DNA of 64,000 nucleotides from the human T2T-CHM13v2.0 reference genome, Homo sapiens: NCBI GenBank assembly GCA_009914755.4, contig CP086569.2, positions 20,032,001 to 20,096,000 of the forward strand, read 5' to 3'. Shown piece by piece: positions 54,331 to 64,000 of this stretch (position 1 is its first letter; each line of letters starts with the position of its first letter). The notes under the pieces were generated by a model. It saw only the letters and a program-made list of their open reading frames with translations, ran no database searches and was not told where the DNA came from. The position numbers and the translations under genes were made by a program.

Positions 54331-54499
54331 TTGATTTACTAAGAATCCAAATTGCCCTTGAAAAAATCCTGATCTCCAGGCTGCCTTATCTAAAATCCAC
54401 TACTGACCTTCCTACTTTTGAAACAAAATATCAATTTCTCAAAAACTATATGTTGGTCTGTCTTCCACCCTTTCTTCCCTCAGGACTCAAGGACTCCTA

Positions 54500-56640
54500 G
54501 CGCAAACTGCAATACTTGAATTCCTCACCAGACCAGAGATTATGTCCTTTTCAAAAGTTAGAAGGAGGAAAATCTTGAACCAACCTGGTAAGGACTTTAT
54601 CTAGTACTTCTAAATACTGAGACAGCAATCCAAATGGGCAAAAAGGGATGGACCTATCACACTTGAGTAAAAAATGCCCCACCCCTTGCACAGTCATGGA
54701 CCATAACTCCAGGATGAATGCCTCTAAACTAACATTCAAAAGGATTTAGTCTGTCTTTTTCTTCTTCCTTTAGCTACCCAAGGACATCTTATAATCAATA
54801 TAACTTGGTCACCCTCTTCTCAAACAATTACTTTTGATGCTTGTCTTGTCATGCCCTGTGGGGAACACCAGAGTCAAAAACAGCTAGCTTATTCAGAAAA
54901 GTACCTCTGCCCCTCCACCCCCATCAGACAGACCAGCAGCCCCAGTCCTTGCAATCAGTGACCACAAACCTTCTTGGGGTTATGTTATAGTTGGGGTGAT
55001 GTTATCTGGACCATCCAATATCAGGCTGGTCCTTTTCGGGGGACTGCACTACCCTAAAATCTTACATCCACTTTACCAAAGGAGACACACCCTCAAATTG
55101 CCAAAACCACCAGTGTGACCCAGTATTTCTCAGTATTCTTATTCCCACCTCAACCGACCCTAATACCACTTTAGAGTGCCTTTATAGACTAGAAGTAGAT
55201 GTCACTGTAAAAGACCCCACAGGTGCCTTTGAAATAAGCCTTATTCCTCTTCCTCCATCTCCCACCATTACTCCCTCCACAAACAAACAGAATCAAACAA
55301 TTTCTTCATTCATGCCAAATGACAAAACCAAAGTAGCTATATTAGAGAACAAGGGCTTAAAGTAAACCATAGAAATAGAAGCCGGGTATTGAGATGTAAA
55401 TGCCTGGCTGGAATAGATTAAATATTCCATTCACAATCTAAATAAAAGTGATTGTTACACTTGTGCAATGGGTAGGCCAGAAATCCAAATTGTTCCCTTT
55501 CCACTTGGATGGGCCGATCAACCAGGCATGAACTGTATGGTAGCTTCCTTCCAGCACTCCACAGCCTGGGGAAACAAGTCATGCACCACTCTTTCACTAC
55601 TTTTCTAAAAGGTTGTGAGCCCTATTGGACAACACCCAAGGGCCATTAGATTTCCAACTCTAGATGTCAATTTTATCTCGTGTCTCTCATGGCAAGGGAA
55701 AAATTTGACATTCCTTGGAAACCTAACTGGACGTAGTGGGCCTAAACATTTTCAAGAAGCTAACCAGTCTGTCGGCCTTAGTCCATCCCAAAGTGGATGC
55801 GTGATGTTATTGTGGGGGGGGGGCAATATTGAGTACACTGTCAAACAACTGGAGTGGCACTGGTATTGTAATCCAATTGGCCATTGCTTTCAACTTGGCA
55901 TTTCATCAAGAAGAGAGGAAGCAGCTAACCAGGAAAAAAAGAGAAGCCCCTCACATGTCCCTTAACCCATATGTTTACATAGACAGTATCAGGGTCCTGT
56001 GGTGGGTGTTAAATAAATTCAAACCTTGAAACCAAATGGCCACTGGTTTTGAGTCTGTCTTATTCTGGTGGTCCACTATAAACAATAATGTAAACTGGAT
56101 AAATTATATATACTACTGTCAACAACAATTCATCCATTATACCAGAGAAGCCATAAAGGAATAGTTAAACAATTAGGTCCTATGAGCCAAATGGCCTGAG
56201 AAAATAGAATAACCCTTGACATAATATTAGCCAAAAAGGGTGGAGTCTGTGTCATGATTAGGGTCCAGTGTTGTACATTCATCCCTAATAATACAGCTTC
56301 CAATGGGGCAACACAAAAACCTTACAATGCCTTATAACCCAAGCAAATGAATCAGCTGAAAACTATGGAATGGAGTACCCCTTTACAGGCCTGATAGAAA
56401 GGATGTTTGGAAAATGAAAGGGACTTATGACATCAATCATTACTTCCCTTGCAATTGTTACAGGTGCACTCATTCTTGTGGGCTACTGTATCATACATTG
56501 TATTTGTGAGTTAACAGAAAGGCTCACAAAAACCTCACCTACCTCTCCCACTTGTACACAGATAAGCTTTTGCTCCAAGATGATCAAGAAAAACAACAAA
56601 CCAAATCCTGTTAAAGAAATTTGAAGAGGAAGAATTATAA
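54500..56640 (+). pseudogene. env remnant of provirus B (SU + TM)
   Basis: SU ...CYTCAMGRPEIQIVPFPLGWADQPGMNCMVASF (about 55440-55550). TM with ISD ENRITLDIILAKKGGVCVMIRVQCCTFIPNNTA. Anchor MTSIITSLAIVTGALILVGYCIIHCIC (56427-56510). Multiple stops. Confidence 0.7.
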
Positions 56641-56657
56641 AACAGAAGAAGGGAAAT

Positions 56658-57002
56658 TGTTGGGACAACTAAGTTCCTCTTCAAAGTCTCAGCTTTCTGG
56701 TCATAAATTGTAAACCAATCCTACCCCTCCTTTTCTTTCAAAAACCATGCATTTACCCTATTTGGAAAAGTTTAAGTCTTAGCCAATCAGGATCACCTTA
56801 GATTATGTGGTCCAACCCCAGCCAATAGGAGAAGGACACAGAAACAGAAACTGCATTACAAATAAAAAAACCCTTCTCTCCGTTGTTTGGTGTGCTTTTG
56901 CAATTGCATCAGGTGCAGACTTTAGAAGTAAAATTGCCTTGCTGAGAAATTTTCTTTCTAAGCATGGATTTCTTTTGGCTATGCTGAGCACTTGTTTTCA
57001 AC
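56658..57002 (+). mobile_element. 3' LTR of provirus B
   Basis: Preceded by the purine-rich AACAGAAGAAGGGAAATTG. Direct repeat of 44209-44560. Confidence 0.75.
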
Positions 57003-57800
57003 ATACCAAAACCAAGATGGTGTTGACAATGACCTTGGGTCCTTCTCACTGCTACACTTCCAACAGTATCATGACAGTTTACAATGTCAATGTCATGGCA
57101 ATGTCAGAAATTTACTCTATATCAAACCAGAAAATCTGAGACAGGTCTCAGTTAATTTAGAAAGTTTATATTGCCAAGGTTTTGCCTGTGACACAGCCTC
57201 AGGAAGTCCTGATGACATGTGCCCAAGGTAGCCAAAGGACAGCTTGATTTTATACATTTTAGGAAGACAGGAGATATCAGTCAGTACATGTAAAAAGTAC
57301 ATTGGTTCAGTCTGGAAAGGTGTGGCATCATGAAGCAAGGGCAGGAAGACTTCAAGCATGGAGGGAGCTTTCAGGTCTTGGATAGATGAGACAAAAACAA
57401 TTGCATTATTTTGACTTTCTCATTAGCTGTTCCAAAGGAGACAATCAGATATGTATCTGTCTTAGTGAACAGAATAACTTTAAATAGACTGAGATGTGGG
57501 TTTGCCCTAAGCAGTTTCCAGCTTGACTTTTTCTTAGTGATTTTGGGGGTCCAAGATAATTTCTTTTCACACCTACATGGTCTCAAAAGGGAAGGAATGA
57601 GTAATCCATCCCTTGTTTAGCATATCATCAAGAAATAATGATAAAAATGGGAAATCAGCAGGCCTTGGCACTGCTCTGTCTATGGAGTAGCCAATCTTTT
57701 ATTCTATTACTTTCTTAATAAACTTACTTTGCTTTGCACAATGGATTCACCCTGAATTCTTTATTGTACAAGATCCAAGAACCCTCCTTTGGGGCCTTGA
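57003..57800 (+). mobile_element. Right portion of the LTR-like element disrupted by provirus B (paralogue of 20365-21800)
   Basis: ACCAAAACCAAGATGGTG at the junction matches 20352-20365 ACCAAAACCAAGATGTT. 57655-57790 matches 21640-21790. Confidence 0.55.
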
Positions 57801-58019
57801 TTACTACACCTTTCCTTTAACAAAATGAATGAAGTTGAGCCATGGCAAAGACTGTCTACTTTCTGTTCTTCCTCAATACATAGTGATACCATTGATTTAC
57901 CATTATGAAACCAAATAATTCAATACAACTCTCTGATGATTATTTTTGACTCAGTCACATTTTTATGAAGTCTAAAAATTAAAAGCAGACAAAAGGCAAA
58001 ACTCTAGGGAAAGTCAAAA

Positions 58020-58380
58020 GATCAGTGTTTGCCAGCGCCCTGGGGGAGAGAGAGGAGGAGGAATACAGGAAGCATAAGTGATTTTGATGGCAGTGAAACT
58101 TCTGTATAATATATGCAGACAGTATCTTGTATCTGCAAGACTTTCTCTGTTTGTCATAACCCATGGGACTGCACAGCACAAAGAGTGAACCCTCATGGAA
58201 CCTGTGAACTCTGGTTAATGATGTGTCCCACTGTCAGCTCAGTAATTGTAACATGTGTACCATAATAAGGCAAGTTGTCAAGCATGGGGCAAACTATGTT
58301 GTATATACAGGAAAGAGGGTCTAGGAGAACACTCTGGACTTCCTGCTCAATTTTTTTATAAACTTGAAACTGCACCCTAA
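58020..58380 (+). mobile_element. Possible ancient L1 (L1M/L1PB-type) 3'-end fragment
   Basis: ..TGTTTGCCAGCGCCCTGGGGGAGAGAGAGGAGGAGGAATA...GATGGCAGTGAAACTTCTGTATAATATATGC resembles the old-L1 3'UTR motif GGTTGCCAGGGGCTGGGGGAGGGG...AATGCCACTGAACTGTACAC (from memory). Confidence 0.35.
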
Positions 58381-58479
58381 GCAAAGTTTATTCATTTAAA
58401 CAATTGAGTAAGTGGCCTTTGCAGGAACTTGGATGGACTTGGAGGCCATTATTCCTTTATTTTTTTTTCTTGAGACTTT

Positions 58480-58720
58480 TCAGACAACAAAGTTCCTCTT
58501 TAAAGACTCAACTTCCTGGTGATAAGTTGGAAAAGTTGTAAAACCACCCTATCTCCTTCTCCTTCCCTCTTCTCCTTTTCTCATAATTGTGCTTTTACTC
58601 TATTTCAAAAAACGTTAGGCCTAAACCAACTGGGATGAGAAGTAAAGTTGTCTTGCTGAGAAATTTTCTGTCTGAGTGCTATTTTTTTTTTTTGGCTATG
58701 CCAAGCACTTGCTTCTGACA
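58480..58720 (+). mobile_element. Third, internally deleted solo LTR of the provirus A/B LTR family; its 3' side is joined to an Alu fragment (58720-58815, minus)
   Basis: AAAGTTCCTCTTTAAAGACTCAACTTCCTGGTGATAAGTTGGAAAAGTTGTAAAACCACCCTATCTCC...GAAGTAAAGTTGTCTTGCTGAGAAATTTTCTGTCTGAGTGCTATTTTTTTTTTTTTGGCTATGCCAAGCACTTGCTTCTGACAAGG parallels the LTR starts and ends at 44209 and 56658. Followed by GGTGGAGTCTTGCTCTGTTACCCAGGCTGGAGTACAGTGGCAAGATC (Alu). Confidence 0.6.
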
Positions 58721-59077
58721 AGGTGGAGTCTTGCTCTGTTACCCAGGCTGGAGTACAGTGGCAAGATCACAGCTCACTGCAATCTCTGCATCCCAGGTTC
58801 AAGTGATTCTTCTGCAGAGGCCATTATTCAAAGTGAAATAACTCAGGAATGAAAAACTAAATATCTGTGATAGTAAGTGGAGTACATTCTTACTTACAAG
58901 TGGAAGCTAAGCCATGAGGATACAAAGACATAAGAGTGACATAATAAACTTTGGGAATTTGTGGGGAAGAGGAGGAAGAGGTGAGGGAAAAAAGACTACA
59001 TATTGGATATAGTGCACACTGGTCAGGTGTCAGGTGCATGAAAATCTCAGAAATGACCACAAAAGAACTTATCTATG

Positions 59078-59436
59078 TGATATGGTTTGGCTATGTCTCC
59101 ACCCATATCACATCTTGAATTGTAGTCCCCATAATTCCCACATATCATGGGAGGACCCAGTGGGAGGTAATTGAATCACCGTGTGGTGTCTTTCCTGTGC
59201 AATTCTCCTAATAGTAAGTCTCATGAGATTTGATGGTATTATAATTGGGAGTTTCCTGTACATGCTCTTTTGCCTGTTGCCATGTAAGACATGAATTTGC
59301 TTCTCCTTTGCCATATGCCATGATTGTGAAGTGTTCCCAGACATGTAGAACTGTGAGTCCTTAAGCCTCTTTCCTTTATAAATTACCCATTCTTGGGTGT
59401 GTCTGTATTAGCAGCATGAGAACAGGCCAATACACT
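59078..59436 (+). mobile_element. MaLR LTR, THE1 family (solo)
   Basis: Begins TGATATGGTTTGGCTATGTCTCCACCCATATCACATCTTGAATTGTAGTCCCCATAATTCCCACATATCATGGGAGGACCCAGTGGGAGGTAATTGAATCAC. Ends ..TTATAAATTACCCATTCTTGGGTGTGTCTGTATTAGCAGCATGAGAACAGGCCAATACAC. Confidence 0.85.
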
Positions 59437-59591
59437 AGGTGACAAAAAAACTACTTGTTTCCAAAAAACTATTGAAACAAAATTTTAAAACTTTAAAAAC
59501 TGAAAAATAGAATAAAACTAGAAAACTAAATAAAATAGACAAAAGAAAAACCACCCACCTTGCCCCTGTATATTTTCTTTTTTAAAAAAAC

Positions 59592-59595
<4 letters not shown>

Positions 59596-59648
<53 letters not shown>
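59596..59648. repeat. (TA)n microsatellite, about 26 units, occupying the poly(A)-tail position of the downstream minus-strand L1
   Basis: caaattatatatatatat...atatatatattttaag. It creates the artefactual ORF 59560-59811 (IYIYIYIY). Confidence 0.95.

Positions 59649-64000
<4,352 letters not shown>

Overview
This window is primate (human-like) nuclear DNA dominated by interspersed repeats. It contains many Alu SINEs, three LINE-1 copies, MaLR LTRs and several class-I endogenous retroviruses. I found no convincing host protein-coding exon and nothing resembling a prokaryotic-style or otherwise novel gene system. Essentially all ORFs in the six-frame track are retroelement-derived (gag, pol, env, L1 ORF1/ORF2) or artefacts of simple repeats.

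The main architecture, left to right:
- A gammaretrovirus-like ERV provirus ('provirus A') spans about 1539-18291, with 442-bp LTRs and a tRNA-Pro-like PBS. It is split by a nested HERV9/ERV9 provirus (about 6105-15400) carrying LTR12 LTRs with CCAAT tandem repeats, a gag, a pol and an env with an open TM-subunit ORF.
- The interval about 18300-32500 holds Alus, THE1/MST and MLT1 MaLR LTRs, a roughly 1.7-kb LTR-like element (20059-21800) that itself carries a MaLR insertion, a solo LTR12 (about 29928-30580), and two separate inverted-duplication structures (26.2-27.25 kb and 27.74-28.7 kb).
- A full-length degenerate L1 on the plus strand at about 32551-38668.
- A second copy of the provirus-A family ('provirus B', about 44209-57002). 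It is inserted into a paralogue of the 20-kb LTR-like element. Internally it has lost PR-RT and carries a full-length degenerate L1 (about 46990-53157) in its RNase H region.
- A further deleted solo LTR of the same family at about 58480-58720.
- A THE1 LTR at 59078-59436.
- A (TA)n tract, then a minus-strand L1 running off the window end (59651-64000).

Most interesting are the multi-layer nesting, which gives a relative-age chronology, the intact ERV9 env TM ORF, the expanded-CCAAT solo LTR12, and the two inverted duplications. All coordinates are approximate (about +/-20-80 bp). Family assignments come from motif recognition by eye, not from database searches.
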